DNA of 64,000 nucleotides from the NCBI GenBank assembly GCA_021815205.1, contig JAKAHD010000003.1, positions 27,239-91,238 on the forward strand. Reading direction: 5' to 3'. This stretch comes from a bacterium (lineage in GTDB: Bacteria; Patescibacteriota; Minisyncoccia; UBA6257; GWB1-50-10). A program made the position numbers and the translations under genes. The notes under the pieces were generated by a model that did not search any database, was not told the origin of the DNA, and saw nothing but the letters and a program-made list of their open reading frames with translations. Position 1 is the first letter of the stretch. Each line of letters opens with the position of its first letter. Positions 9,580 through 20,223 of the stretch are shown here, in pieces.

Positions 9580-10353
9580 CTATCGCTTTTTCATAAACCA
9601 AAAACAACCACACCCATAATTCTCACGATCCGCCTGTGCACGAGTTGCGTGAGTAATGATGCCAATTCCGTTTTCCGAGAACTCAGGAATAAGCGAAAAT
9701 TCCTTTAACTCCAAATCGGAGAAATACTCCATAATTTGGCTAAAAGAATAGATGCGATGGGCGTTAAACATAACTTTTGGTTTCCCCACCGGCGTTACAA
9801 AGAGGAGCGATCCCCCAGGCGCAAGAACCCTTTTTAGTTCTTGTATCGCTTTCAGATCACCGTCGGGATCAATTGGGTCGCCGTAACGGCCGAGCCCCAC
9901 ATGTTCTACGGTATGCATACAAGAAAGGGAGCTCACTTCCCCGTCACGGAAGGGGAGCTTCATTAAATCTCCCGGAAGAACTTCGAGATTCGGCAACTCA
10001 AGAAGCGGCGGCCGATAATCATAAAATCTCACCGGGACAAATGCCGATATGATCGTGCAGAAATATAGACTGGACGCCACGTCCACATGCATCGAGGGAT
10101 GTATCTCCCTCACCTTCCGCGCGGCCCACGCGGTGTGGTACACATAATGTCGATCAAAACTCGTGGTCTTTGTTTTTTCGCGCACCTGCGGATACAAGTC
10201 CTTCCATAATGCCGTAAAGCGCGGGTTGCGCGCGCTCATCTTTCTAAACGCAAAGTAATCCGAGAGAATCAAAGCACGTGAGGCATAGTTGATTCCCACA
10301 TTCAAGAATCGATTTAATTTTTTGAGCATCTTCCTCATATACGGACTGTTCAC
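9580..10353 (-). CDS. Methyltransferase-fold protein (DUF268-like)
   Basis: HTVEHVGLGRYGDPIDPDGD motif typical of DUF268 methyltransferase-like proteins. Confidence 0.5.
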   Translation of the reverse strand: MNSPYMRKMLKKLNRFLNVGINYASRALILSDYFAFRKMSARNPRFTALWKDLYPQVREKTKTTSFDRHYVYHTAWAARKVREIHPSMHVDVASSLYFCTIISAFVPVRFYDYRPPLLELPNLEVLPGDLMKLPFRDGEVSSLSCMHTVEHVGLGRYGDPIDPDGDLKAIQELKRVLAPGGSLLFVTPVGKPKVMFNAHRIYSFSQIMEYFSDLELKEFSLIPEFSENGIGIITHATRAQADRENYGCGCFWFMKKR

Positions 10354-11363
10354 TCATCAATGAAAACTTGCTTATACGGCCTCTCAAGCGCCCGCCGCCT
10401 TCTTCTTTCAAGATACGCGTCCATGAACTTCGGCATCACGCCAGCGACTCGGGAATATCGGATGAACGCGCGGAATACCCGCTTTGTGAAAGTCAGAAGG
10501 ATTTCCGCCATCGCTCTTGGATGAAATATCTGTTCAAGGAAGAACGTGATGTGGGAAAAGCGGATTGGGAGGAGAATTCCTTCCCCGTTTCTAAACATAT
10601 GCGTCTGCCGATTGCACAAAATATCCATGCGGTACTTCCGGCATTCTCTAAGATACCTCTTGAATTTTAGGTCGGCAACCCCGCTTCTTAGTTCCTGCGC
10701 TCCCAATTGATTGTCGTGTATTCTTCCATAATTTGCCACCACAGGAAGAAAATAAGGAAGATATCCCCGGGTATGGAACGCGAGATTGAATTCAAGCCAC
10801 GTCTCAATATCCCGCGCGGCATTCGCCGTACGCGGAGGGAAACATTCTTCCATTACGCGCTTCCTCACCACAAAGTTCCCTTCGGGAAGCCAAAACTGGG
10901 TGCGGAGCCAGTAATAAAAAAACGCCTCTTTTTGCGGAGGCTGTCGCCGATGGAATTGCGGATAAGAGACGGCGAGCAACCGTCCGTCTTCGCTCATATA
11001 CCGGGGCAATCCCCACACCAAAGAAACATCGGCGTGCGTATCGAGCACTTCCGCGCATTGCGCGAACCAGGTTTTTCTAAGGTAGCCGTCCGAGACGGCA
11101 CACTGGGCTACATACTCTCCCCTTGCGAGCGCAAGCCCTTTCCTGAACGCCTCAAGATATCCGCTGTCTTTCTCGGAGATCCACTTGATTCCCGCGTAAT
11201 CCTTCAATATCTCGAGCGTTCCATCGGACGATCCGCCGTCAATCACCACACACTCAAAATTCTTATAGGTCTGACCGAGAATGGAATCCAGAGTAGCCCG
11301 CAGGAATTTTCCGGTATTGTACGAGGCGACGATAACGGTGAGTTTTGGATTTCCTTCCGCCAT
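10350..11363 (-). CDS. Family 2 glycosyltransferase
   Basis: LTVIVASYNTGKFLRATLDSILGQTY...VVIDGGSSDGT; start at MAEGNPK preferred. Confidence 0.75.
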   Translation of the reverse strand: MAEGNPKLTVIVASYNTGKFLRATLDSILGQTYKNFECVVIDGGSSDGTLEILKDYAGIKWISEKDSGYLEAFRKGLALARGEYVAQCAVSDGYLRKTWFAQCAEVLDTHADVSLVWGLPRYMSEDGRLLAVSYPQFHRRQPPQKEAFFYYWLRTQFWLPEGNFVVRKRVMEECFPPRTANAARDIETWLEFNLAFHTRGYLPYFLPVVANYGRIHDNQLGAQELRSGVADLKFKRYLRECRKYRMDILCNRQTHMFRNGEGILLPIRFSHITFFLEQIFHPRAMAEILLTFTKRVFRAFIRYSRVAGVMPKFMDAYLERRRRRALERPYKQVFIDE

Positions 11364-11367
11364 ATGC

Positions 11368-12363
11368 TTACAAAACAGGGGACCACACGACAACCGAATA
11401 ACCGTCTATGAAAAGACTCCCGATATAACTACGTCTCGCTTCAAGGATATTCACCTTCCCCTGCTGTTCGAGTTCCCGCAACGCGTCGAGAAATCCTGAG
11501 AGGTAGTTGCGCTTCTTAAAATAGCGGATTGAGAGAAAATCAAGGAGGTTTTCCTCATCTAAAAGCTCTCCCACGGGCTCGATATGCACGCAAACGGACG
11601 GCTTATTCTCGATGAGATAATCAAGGAATTCCTTGAAATGCGCGCCAACTTGTTCTAGGGCAGCGACTGTGACTACGCCGCTCTTCGGCGCGAGCTTGAA
11701 CGACATGTCCGGCGTGAACACGTTAAAAACCTTCCCTTCAACATTCGCATCAAGGCCGCTTGACGCGATACCGTTCACAAGCTCCGCGGACGACCGCGCC
11801 CAATCCAATCCATATAACCTTGCTGCGGGGTTCACTTCGCGGATTCTCCGAAGATTGTGTCCCGTACCACATCCGAATTCATATACGGAAGAAACTCCTT
11901 TGAGAAACTTGTCGAAAATCCAGTACTGGACCACCGAGAGCGAGTGTTGTTCGAAGTCGGGCGAGAGCGGTTTAATAAAGTCCTGTCTCCAGCGGACCAC
12001 CGGATATTTTCCGAAATACCGCGGCGTGAGGGCCTCCCACGAGGGAGCTTTCTTAAACGCCGCAAGGTTCTCTCCCCACCCCGTTTCCCACTGCCCGATA
12101 CGATGCTCACCTGAAAAAACAACGGAGTCCGCGGTGAGAAACTGCACGATCTTCAAAAGCCACGCGTCCCGCTCATCGAGCGTAAGCCGCGCATACTTGA
12201 AATGGTGCCGCGCGATCCTGGTCTTTACTTCCGTACTTAAGATATCGCCGAAAGCGGCTCCAAAATCTTCCGGCGTGAGAAAAAATTCCTCAAATGGTGC
12301 TGAATCATTTTTATTCATTGGACTTATTTCCTTTTTCGTCCTGGAACGCGAGATTCCACTCAA
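11368..12363 (-). CDS. SAM-dependent methyltransferase (start may be 12318)
   Basis: EFGCGTGHNL glycine-rich motif I, C-terminal half methyltransferase fold. Confidence 0.55.
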   Translation of the reverse strand: MSGISRSRTKKEISPMNKNDSAPFEEFFLTPEDFGAAFGDILSTEVKTRIARHHFKYARLTLDERDAWLLKIVQFLTADSVVFSGEHRIGQWETGWGENLAAFKKAPSWEALTPRYFGKYPVVRWRQDFIKPLSPDFEQHSLSVVQYWIFDKFLKGVSSVYEFGCGTGHNLRRIREVNPAARLYGLDWARSSAELVNGIASSGLDANVEGKVFNVFTPDMSFKLAPKSGVVTVAALEQVGAHFKEFLDYLIENKPSVCVHIEPVGELLDEENLLDFLSIRYFKKRNYLSGFLDALRELEQQGKVNILEARRSYIGSLFIDGYSVVVWSPVL

Positions 12364-13384
12364 GCATGCGCCTCAACCCCTCATCCAAGGAGACTTGCGG
12401 CGCGAATCCAAACTCGTTCTTCATCTTGCTCATGTCGAGGCATACTCGCGAGGGAGCGCCGATCACGCTCGCATCTTTTCCGGGACCGGGAATTACCTCG
12501 ACGCCCATGAGCCGGCCGATTTTTTCAGCGAGCTCCCTGACACTCACGGCCTCCTCCGAGGAACCTACATTATAAATAGTTTCTTTCCCAAAGAGAAGGA
12601 TAAGGAGAAGCTCCGTGAGTACGTCCGAAATATAACAAAAGGAGCGGAGATCGCGTCCGTCGTCCATCATCTCGATTTTCTTTTTCTCGATCGCCTTTTT
12701 GAAGAATTGACTAAGCACTCTTCCGTTTGTAAAGGTGAGGCCCGGACCGTATGAGAGAGCGGGGCGAGCGATTTTCACATGAAGCCCAAAAAGGTGTTTG
12801 TAGGCGAGGCAGATTACCTCGGAAAGCCGTTTTGATTCCACATAGCACGCGCGATTATTCGTGACAGAACTGTTTCCGGGAAATGTTTCGGGTGTCGGTA
12901 TGTGCGCCTCTTCGGGAGAACCGTAAATTTCACTACTGCTCAAATACAGGATCTTCGCCGCAGGATTGTGCTTCTTTGTTGATTCGAGAATACTTTTTAT
13001 ACCGATATAATTCACGTCGATCGTGGCAACCGGATCCTCAAGGAACACGGCGGGGGTTCCGTATCCCGCGGCATGGATCATAAAGTCGTATCGTTTTTCG
13101 TACTCTATGGGAGCTGCAAGGTCGCGCACTTCATAGCGGAACCCGGGCGATTTCCTAAGCAGCCAGATAACCGAAGTTGGCGTAAGAGGACGTTTCGTAA
13201 CAAGGTCAACCTCGATGCCGTAGGAGAGCTGGGTATTAAGATAATGAAAGAGGAACGCGAAGGAGGAACCGATAAGCCCGCTTCCCCCGGCAAGAAGTAT
13301 TCGCGAGTTACGAAACGCGTTCGTATCAACCCTCCCGATTACTTCCTTGATGTCATTGTTAAATATTTCGTGTGCAGATTTCAT
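12311..13384 (-). CDS. NAD-dependent epimerase/dehydratase (SDR, UDP-glucuronate decarboxylase / dTDP-glucose dehydratase-like)
   Basis: ILLAGGSGLIGSSF Rossmann motif, YxxxK-type SDR architecture; long-ORF N-terminus trimmed to MKSAHE. Confidence 0.6.
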   Translation of the reverse strand: MKSAHEIFNNDIKEVIGRVDTNAFRNSRILLAGGSGLIGSSFAFLFHYLNTQLSYGIEVDLVTKRPLTPTSVIWLLRKSPGFRYEVRDLAAPIEYEKRYDFMIHAAGYGTPAVFLEDPVATIDVNYIGIKSILESTKKHNPAAKILYLSSSEIYGSPEEAHIPTPETFPGNSSVTNNRACYVESKRLSEVICLAYKHLFGLHVKIARPALSYGPGLTFTNGRVLSQFFKKAIEKKKIEMMDDGRDLRSFCYISDVLTELLLILLFGKETIYNVGSSEEAVSVRELAEKIGRLMGVEVIPGPGKDASVIGAPSRVCLDMSKMKNEFGFAPQVSLDEGLRRMLEWNLAFQDEKGNKSNE

Positions 13385-14270
13385 GTACCGAGTGAATAAC
13401 CCCTTCTTTTGTAAGATCGTTGTCTCTACAATGTTCGGCGTATGTTCCGTAATTCGTAAGAAAACGGTCATGAATGCCCATTCGCTCATGGACGAACCGA
13501 ATGTTATCGCATACACGAGCTATTTCGTCGCCGATACCTCCAATTACGGAATGTTCTTCGACGGTAACTAACCGACCCGTTTTTTTCACGCTCTCGCGCA
13601 ACGTTTGCCGGGCTTTTTCAGAAAGAGGCTTGATAGTCGTACAATATATCAAGTCGCAGGAATATGTATTCTCAATCTCCTTGACTGCTTCGAACGCATT
13701 TTGGAGCTGGGGACCGGAAACCGCCACCGTGACGTCCCCTCCTTTGTGGAGCATCTCGACTTCCCCGAAACGGGGGTGTGTGGGAATTTCGTGAACGTGC
13801 TCCGGGAGGCGGAAGTAGGTCGGCATCCCGTTTGCGTACGTCTCCTTGAAAAGCGTATCGAACTCGTGCGGTGCGGCCGGGTATACAATCTGCATTCCGG
13901 GAAGCGCTCTTAAGATGGCGATATCGTCATAACAATGATGCGTACATCCGAGCGCCGCATAATCGAAGGCGCTCCCGATACTCACAATGTTCACGCCGAG
14001 CTTCTGATAACACAGGTCGTCTTTTATTTGCTCGAAGCACCGCTCTGTAATGAAGGGGGCGATACTGTGCACCACAGGAAAGAGACCGTTCATTGCAAGG
14101 CCCGCAGCTATACTCATCATTGATTGTTCCGCGATGCCGAGGTTATAGAAACGATCCTTATGGGCGGCTTCAAAATCCCGGAGCAGAAAATGACTAAGAT
14201 CGCCCAAGAGAACCACGAGACGGGGATCCTCACCGACTTCGAGCATGGTTTGTGCAAACTGTTTCCTCAT
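13359..14270 (-). CDS. Transketolase, C-terminal (pyrimidine-binding) subunit
   Basis: Transketolase Pyr and C-terminal domains, pairs with adjacent N-terminal subunit gene (4-bp overlap). Confidence 0.75.
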   Translation of the reverse strand: MRKQFAQTMLEVGEDPRLVVLLGDLSHFLLRDFEAAHKDRFYNLGIAEQSMMSIAAGLAMNGLFPVVHSIAPFITERCFEQIKDDLCYQKLGVNIVSIGSAFDYAALGCTHHCYDDIAILRALPGMQIVYPAAPHEFDTLFKETYANGMPTYFRLPEHVHEIPTHPRFGEVEMLHKGGDVTVAVSGPQLQNAFEAVKEIENTYSCDLIYCTTIKPLSEKARQTLRESVKKTGRLVTVEEHSVIGGIGDEIARVCDNIRFVHERMGIHDRFLTNYGTYAEHCRDNDLTKEGVIHSVHEICTRNI

Positions 14271-15031
14271 AGAGCATTCGAGTCGCTTTGGGATAAAATT
14301 TCTGCGCGGAACTTTTCGTACTCATCGGCTCCCGGCGCCTTATGGTGCCACGCCATGAAATTTTCCTCAAGCTCTCGGACTCCTTTTCCTTTCTTTGTGT
14401 TCGCGATGACGCAAAGCGGTTTTTCATGAGGTTCAAAGAGAACGCGTTTCAGCTCTTCGACTGAGTGGCCGTCGACCTCACGCACTTCCCAACCGAAGGA
14501 TTCGAACTTCGCGGGAAGGTGTATGGAGGTCATCGCGCGCACTTGGGAGTTATTCTTGTCGATAATACAAACGAAATTCGAGAGGTGTAATTGCTCCGCA
14601 TACATGGCAGTCTCCCATATCGTTCCCTCGTTCGATTCGCCGTCCCCGATGAGACAAAACACTTCTCCGGGTTCATGTTTTATCTTTCGTGAGAATGCAT
14701 ACCCCGCGGCGACGGGGAATCCATGCCAAAGGGAACCCGAGGAATTCATGACTCCCGGAACGGTACGATGGGGATGCCCGCCGAGCCGCGAATCGTACGC
14801 GCAATAGGAGAGAAGTTCCTGTTTCTCCAAAATACCGAAATGGGCGAGCGTTGCGAAGAGTGCGGCTCCCGCGTGCCCTTTACTTAGAAAAAAAACGTCG
14901 TGCTCATGTTTATTTGCATACACCGCATAGAGAGTTTCCACAATCGAGAAAGCGCTTGGGAGATGCCCCTCTCTTGAGGCAAAGACCATGCGAAGCACAT
15001 CAATCCTAATTTTCGCGCATTCATCGAGCAT
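14267..15031 (-). CDS. Transketolase, N-terminal (TPP-binding) subunit
   Basis: GHAGAALF...[11 protein letters not shown]-binding signature of split transketolases. Confidence 0.75.
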   Translation of the reverse strand: MLDECAKIRIDVLRMVFASREGHLPSAFSIVETLYAVYANKHEHDVFFLSKGHAGAALFATLAHFGILEKQELLSYCAYDSRLGGHPHRTVPGVMNSSGSLWHGFPVAAGYAFSRKIKHEPGEVFCLIGDGESNEGTIWETAMYAEQLHLSNFVCIIDKNNSQVRAMTSIHLPAKFESFGWEVREVDGHSVEELKRVLFEPHEKPLCVIANTKKGKGVRELEENFMAWHHKAPGADEYEKFRAEILSQSDSNAL

Positions 15032-15977
15032 GCACCAGAGTCGGTTTTATCTCCCTTAAATAATACTCGATCGTCCTTTGAAGTCCCTCATGAAAACCGG
15101 TCTTTGCCTTAAACCCGAATTCTTGAAGTGCGCGGCTCGTGTCCAGGGATCTCCGCGGCTGGCCGTCGGGCTTGGATGGATCAAGCCTCATCTCTCCCTT
15201 ATACCCCATAAGTTCCGCGACGAGATGCGTGAGATCCTTGATGGATATCTCCATTCCCGATCCCAGATTCACTGGCATCGGCTTATCAAACCGCTCCGTC
15301 GCAAGCACAATTCCCTCTGCGGCGTCTTCCGCAAAAATAAACTCCCTCGTGGGGGTTCCCGTTCCCCACACCATCACGTAATCGGACCCCGAGTCGATCG
15401 CTTCATCTATCTTACGGATGATCGCGGGGATTACGTGGGAGCTTTCCGGATTGAAATTATCTCCGGGGCCGTAGAGATTCACCGGAAAGAGTGTAATCGC
15501 ATTGAATCCGTACTGCGCGCGATACGCCTGCGCCTGCACAAGGAGCATCTTCTTCGCAAGTCCGTAGGGCGCGTTCGTCTCTTCGGGGTAGCCATTCCAA
15601 ATATCGTCTTCCTTGAACGGAACGGGGGTGAATTTCGGATAGGCACAAATAGTCCCGACCGCAACGAATTTCTTTACCCCCGCGAGGCGAGCGGCTTCCA
15701 TCGTCTGCACGCCGATCATAATGTTGTTATAGAAAAGCTCGCCGGGGTGCTCCCGGTTATACCCGATCCCACCGACTTTCGCGGCGAGATGAATGACGAC
15801 ATCCTTCCCTTCAACCGCTTTTCTGCAATTACTCATTTCCCGCAAATCGAACTCGGATGCATGAGGAGCCGATATATTCTCCGGGGGAACACCGTGCGCG
15901 ATGAGTCGTTGCACTACGTAGGAACCAAGGAACCCGTTTCCTCCGGTTACCAGAATTTTTTTATCGGAAATATCCAT
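15021..15977 (-). CDS. fcl: GDP-L-fucose synthase (GDP-4-keto-6-deoxy-D-mannose 3,5-epimerase/4-reductase)
   Basis: [13 protein letters not shown]...[14 protein letters not shown]...LYGPGDNF matches Fcl; GGAG 10 nt upstream of ATG at 15977. Confidence 0.8.
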   Translation of the reverse strand: MDISDKKILVTGGNGFLGSYVVQRLIAHGVPPENISAPHASEFDLREMSNCRKAVEGKDVVIHLAAKVGGIGYNREHPGELFYNNIMIGVQTMEAARLAGVKKFVAVGTICAYPKFTPVPFKEDDIWNGYPEETNAPYGLAKKMLLVQAQAYRAQYGFNAITLFPVNLYGPGDNFNPESSHVIPAIIRKIDEAIDSGSDYVMVWGTGTPTREFIFAEDAAEGIVLATERFDKPMPVNLGSGMEISIKDLTHLVAELMGYKGEMRLDPSKPDGQPRRSLDTSRALQEFGFKAKTGFHEGLQRTIEYYLREIKPTLVHAR

Positions 15978-16010
15978 AGACACACTACTCCGCCTCGCGT
16001 ATGGCAAAAA

Positions 16011-17081
16011 CTACCGGGGGGTGAAGCCGTTCTCGTGAAGATGTCTTTCTCTCTCGGCTTCCTTCTTATCATGGGCAACCATCTCCTTCACCAGATCGTC
16101 AAAACTCACGGTTGGAGACCAACCGAGTTCACGCCTTGCTCTCGTCGCATCACCAAGCAGGGAATCTACCTCCGTAGGACGGAAGTATCTCTTATCTATC
16201 TCTACAACTGCCTTCCCTGTCTTTTCTTCGATGCCCTTCTCTGCCTCTTGTGACCCTTCCCATCTGATCGGCATACCTATCTCAAGAAAAACTCTCTCGC
16301 AGAACTCCCGCACCGAGTGCTGTTCGCCCGTTGCAATCACGTAATCGGATGGATTTTTTTGCTGTAACATCAAATACATAGCTCTCACGAAATCGCGCGC
16401 GTGCCCCCAATCGCGTTTCGCGTCCAAGTTTCCAAGATAGAGTTTCTCCTGAAGCCCGAGCGATATCCTTGTTGCGGCGCGAGTAATTTTTCTCGTGACA
16501 AAGGTCTCGCCGCGGCGTTCACTCTCATGGTTGAACAATACGCCGCTCACCGCGAATATGCCGTATGCTTCCCGGTAATTCACCGTAATCCAGTGCGCAT
16601 AGAGTTTTGCGGCGCCGTAGGGACTCCTCGGATAGAAGGGTGTCAATTCATTTTGTGGCGGCTTTGACGCGCCGAACATTTCGGAAGTCGAGGCCTGATA
16701 GAACTTCGTTTTCTTTTCCAATCCGAGTAATCTGATTGCTTCAAGAATTCTCAATGTCCCGACCGCATCGGCATTCGCGGTATACTCCGGGGTCTCGAAT
16801 GAGACCTGAACGTGCGATTGAGCACCGAGATTATAAATCTCATCGGGCTGTACCTCTCGGATCACGCGAATGAGATTTGTCGCATCACTCAGATCACCAT
16901 AATGAAGTTTCAGTTTCCGCTCCTCAATATGAGGGTCTTGGTATAAATGATCGATGCGCCCCGTATTAAAACTCGACGAACGGCGCACGATGCCGTGCAC
17001 TTCGTAGTCCTTCTCGAGAAGGAGTTCCGCGAGATAACTGCCGTCCTGCCCCGTGATTCCGGTAATGAGCGCCTTCTTCAT
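16011..17081 (-). CDS. gmd: GDP-mannose 4,6-dehydratase
   Basis: [39 protein letters not shown] canonical Gmd N-terminus. Confidence 0.9.
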   Translation of the reverse strand: MKKALITGITGQDGSYLAELLLEKDYEVHGIVRRSSSFNTGRIDHLYQDPHIEERKLKLHYGDLSDATNLIRVIREVQPDEIYNLGAQSHVQVSFETPEYTANADAVGTLRILEAIRLLGLEKKTKFYQASTSEMFGASKPPQNELTPFYPRSPYGAAKLYAHWITVNYREAYGIFAVSGVLFNHESERRGETFVTRKITRAATRISLGLQEKLYLGNLDAKRDWGHARDFVRAMYLMLQQKNPSDYVIATGEQHSVREFCERVFLEIGMPIRWEGSQEAEKGIEEKTGKAVVEIDKRYFRPTEVDSLLGDATRARRELGWSPTVSFDDLVKEMVAHDKKEAERERHLHENGFTPR

Positions 17082-17187
17082 GAATATGATGTCATTTTAC
17101 CGAACGGGCGGCAAAAGGCAATTATGCCATATCTTGAAAATTGAGCATCTTTAACGCGCGTTCGACATCATCTCCTTGAGCATGCGA

Positions 17188-17535
17188 TTATTGCGGACGC
17201 GAAAGCATCTCTTCCCTCGCACGACGAAGTTTTGCGGTACCCTGGTACCTTTTCCACGCGTGCCACTGAAACTCGCGGAACGCGTCTTCCGCGCCGGAAA
17301 TCACACGACCGTGTTTCATAATTTCAAATTGAAGAAGAGGCGATGCGGTATACGCGTCCACCAGGTCTATCTTCTCTTCGGGAATGGATAAAAGCTTCGC
17401 CGCGTTTTCGAGAGACGCAATCTTTTCCTCAAAAGAAAGGGGGCGGGCGGCATACACCGCCACATCAAAATCGGAGTGAGGGCTCGAAAAACCCGACGCC
17501 CGGGAACCGAATAAAATAAGAAGCGCGGACTGCAT
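17188..17535 (-). CDS. Pol-beta-superfamily nucleotidyltransferase (MNT-like)
   Basis: LFGSRASG...DFDV nucleotidyltransferase motif; no adjacent HEPN partner seen. Confidence 0.55.
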   Translation of the reverse strand: MQSALLILFGSRASGFSSPHSDFDVAVYAARPLSFEEKIASLENAAKLLSIPEEKIDLVDAYTASPLLQFEIMKHGRVISGAEDAFREFQWHAWKRYQGTAKLRRAREEMLSRPQ

Positions 17536-17550
17536 ACCTCCCATGGTACC

Positions 17551-18186
17551 CTACTTCCCCGCGGGAGTCGAGGTTGCGGTGCCGTTCACAAAGGCGGCCA
17601 TGTTCTTATCGCTCGGCCAGAGGGAAATAATTTTTTCACCCACCGTCTTCGCGTCCGCGGTTTTTCCCGCATCCATATAGAGTTGGTAGAGTCCGTAGAG
17701 GAACTGCGGACGTTTCGGGCTCAAGGCAAGCCCTTTCTCATAGAGCGCGAGGGCGGCATTATAATCTTTCTCACTCCTGTAATTTCTGAAATTCACCTCG
17801 TGGATATTCGCGAGCGTCATAAGCTCCTGCGTGTAGTTCAAGCCGTATCGCCCCGGCGCATTCGCGCGGGAAATAGAATCGGCGTAGGAGACGAGCGCGT
17901 CCGCGATCGCCTGCGGCGGTTTCTGCGCGATCACGCCGCCGATCTGGTTCTCTAAGAATCGGATGTTCTCGGCCTGCCCCACGGGAGAAGAGAAGTTCAG
18001 TGCCGTATTAAAAATACGCTCGTAATCCGCGACACTCCTCGCCTGATAGGAATTGTGCATCGCCTGAATAAAAAGCTGGGCCTTGCGGAACGGGAGGAAG
18101 GAGCCGTAGATCAAGGCGAGGACGGCAAGGATAATGCCGAGAGGAGCCGCAATTGTTTTGATTATTTTTTCTAGTGTAGTGTTCAT
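17551..18186 (-). CDS. Hypothetical membrane-anchored TPR-like protein
   Basis: N-terminal TM helix, helical repeat content; no recognisable catalytic motif. Confidence 0.4.
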   Translation of the reverse strand: MNTTLEKIIKTIAAPLGIILAVLALIYGSFLPFRKAQLFIQAMHNSYQARSVADYERIFNTALNFSSPVGQAENIRFLENQIGGVIAQKPPQAIADALVSYADSISRANAPGRYGLNYTQELMTLANIHEVNFRNYRSEKDYNAALALYEKGLALSPKRPQFLYGLYQLYMDAGKTADAKTVGEKIISLWPSDKNMAAFVNGTATSTPAGK

Positions 18187-18251
18187 TTTAAATTTTACAT
18201 TCTAAATTTTAATTCAATTTTAATTTTCTAATTTTAAAAACTTTTAGTGGT

Positions 18252-18614
18252 TTAATCTTTACCATTCATCGTTCCGACAATTTTTCCGAAAATCATAGAG
18301 AGTCCTTGGGCCTCGTTCCATAAAACTTTTATCTCATCCCGCTTATCTGGGGAATGTTTTGCAAACATTCTGAGCCAATGTTTTGTTTCTTGGGCTTCTT
18401 TTTTACAAATGTGTATTTTGTTTTTGAAATCTTTCCTCGAACTCGCGCCATTTGCTTCCATATAATTTGCTCCTACGCTTGTCGCTGCACGGACGAGCTG
18501 ACTGATAAGCGGCGTTGAAATGACATCTCTCGGTATGGATTTACAAAACATAATAACATTTTCCCCAAATACAGCTGTTCTTTCTTCTAAGTTGTACGGC
18601 GCTGTTTTGTTCAT
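18252..18614 (-). CDS. Four-helix-bundle protein ('23S rRNA intervening sequence' protein family)
   Basis: LEERT--F---V---C--IP------L--QL-RA-TSVGANY-EA---SS-KDF--K---C-KEA-ET--WL pattern; flanked on both sides by AT-rich spacers. Confidence 0.75.
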   Translation of the reverse strand: MNKTAPYNLEERTAVFGENVIMFCKSIPRDVISTPLISQLVRAATSVGANYMEANGASSRKDFKNKIHICKKEAQETKHWLRMFAKHSPDKRDEIKVLWNEAQGLSMIFGKIVGTMNGKD

Positions 18615-18660
18615 TTACCAATTTAAAATTCATTTAGAACTTAAAATTTGAAACTTAAAA

Positions 18661-20124
18661 TTAATTACTTGGGATTTGGTGCTTGGAATTTGGAATTTCC
18701 AAGAAGAGGTGTGTCGCGAATGCGAGGAAAAGAAATACATTGAGATAAATCGGGAGCACGTCGAAGAGCGCGATGCCTTGCCCTAGGTACGCGACGGGAA
18801 TCGCGAGGAGCCCCGCAGTGAGCACATACCCGTACGGATGGTGGTGCGCGACGATATCCTTCCTGCGCTTCACGAACTCGACGAAGAACGTGAGGTAGAT
18901 CCCGAGGAAGGCGAGGAATCCGACGATCCCCGTTTCCGCGAGGTAGTCAAAGAAGACGCTGTGCGCCCTATCAAACCATGTTTCCGAATTCTGCCCCGGC
19001 ACGTAGTGGCGCGGGTCGAAATACTTATCGAAGACCACGCTGAAATTCTCGGGGCCCCATCCGAGGAGCGGGCGCTCTTCGAATCCCTTGATTGCGGAGC
19101 CCCACGTCCAAAATCTTGTTTGTGCGGTCTGGTCGGATATCGAGACATCAAGAAGACGGCTTGAGGATTCGCAGAAAGGCACAAGCGGAATATTATTGCT
19201 CCGGAACGCGAAGGCGAGCCCCGCGAACACGATGCTTGCGCCCGCGAGGATCGCGGAGATCTTCTTCCCCTTTCCTTTGGGAAGCGCGAATGAGAGATAC
19301 AAGAGCCCCGTGATCACCGCGAGCCCGAGCCCGAGGAAAGAACCGCGCGTCTGCGAAAGAAGGAAGAAAAAGAGATAGGCGAGCATGAGTACGATAAACC
19401 CCCACACCTTCCCGTGGGGTATTATGCCCCGCGGGGATGATTTTAAATTACCATTCATCCCTGCCGTAGAACCACTGGATACTCTGGAAGGTGGGGGGGT
19501 AAAGAGCGCGTCGCGAGTGGGATTCCGCTTTTTTGTGAACCACAACCAAAGGCCGTAAAACATCATAAACATAAGATACGGCGCGAGGTACGCGGGATTG
19601 CCGAGCGAACCCTCGAACCTGCCGCAGAGCCCCGCAGGGCCGATGAACGACCCGACCTGAAACGATGCGGCAAGGCCGTAGAGAATCACGAAGCCCGATG
19701 CGACAAGTGAGAGTTTGAAGATGTGCCTCCACTCCAACTCCGTGCGGAAGAGTAAGAGGAGAAGCGTGAAGAAAATATAGAAATGGAGAATCTGCAGCCC
19801 TCCTTCGCCGCGTTCGAAGTTCGACCAGAATGCCGCCGCGGCATCGTAGGCGAAAAGGGACGCGAGGAGCGCCGCGAGCGTAAATATCGAGACGGCGATA
19901 AAAAGCGGATGATGAAACACCTTCTTCGCGCGCGCCTTCAATGCCTCCCACTCGTGGTTATGGAAGATCACTCCCAAGAGGAACGCGATAAGCGCGAGAT
20001 CCACCGCCGCGCGGAAAAACACATACTTCCCTACGATAAAAGGAAAGAGGGTGGAATTGGTAACCAAGATCACGCAGAAGACGGAGAGGTAGAGAAGAAT
20101 GCGGGAGAGCTTGAAGTAATTCAT
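18661..20124 (-). CDS. O-antigen ligase-like membrane protein
   Basis: Multi-TM, SQTRGSFLGLGLA (Wzy_C) motif, GWGPENF motif. Confidence 0.65.
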   Translation of the reverse strand: MNYFKLSRILLYLSVFCVILVTNSTLFPFIVGKYVFFRAAVDLALIAFLLGVIFHNHEWEALKARAKKVFHHPLFIAVSIFTLAALLASLFAYDAAAAFWSNFERGEGGLQILHFYIFFTLLLLLFRTELEWRHIFKLSLVASGFVILYGLAASFQVGSFIGPAGLCGRFEGSLGNPAYLAPYLMFMMFYGLWLWFTKKRNPTRDALFTPPPSRVSSGSTAGMNGNLKSSPRGIIPHGKVWGFIVLMLAYLFFFLLSQTRGSFLGLGLAVITGLLYLSFALPKGKGKKISAILAGASIVFAGLAFAFRSNNIPLVPFCESSSRLLDVSISDQTAQTRFWTWGSAIKGFEERPLLGWGPENFSVVFDKYFDPRHYVPGQNSETWFDRAHSVFFDYLAETGIVGFLAFLGIYLTFFVEFVKRRKDIVAHHHPYGYVLTAGLLAIPVAYLGQGIALFDVLPIYLNVFLFLAFATHLFLEIPNSKHQIPSN

Positions 20125-20223
20125 TTTTTTATACGGATGACCGCTGATTGCTGGCTGATTACCGCTGATTATCTTGCGGATGACCGCTGATAAAAGCGAT
20201 AAAAGGATTATACTATAAATGAG

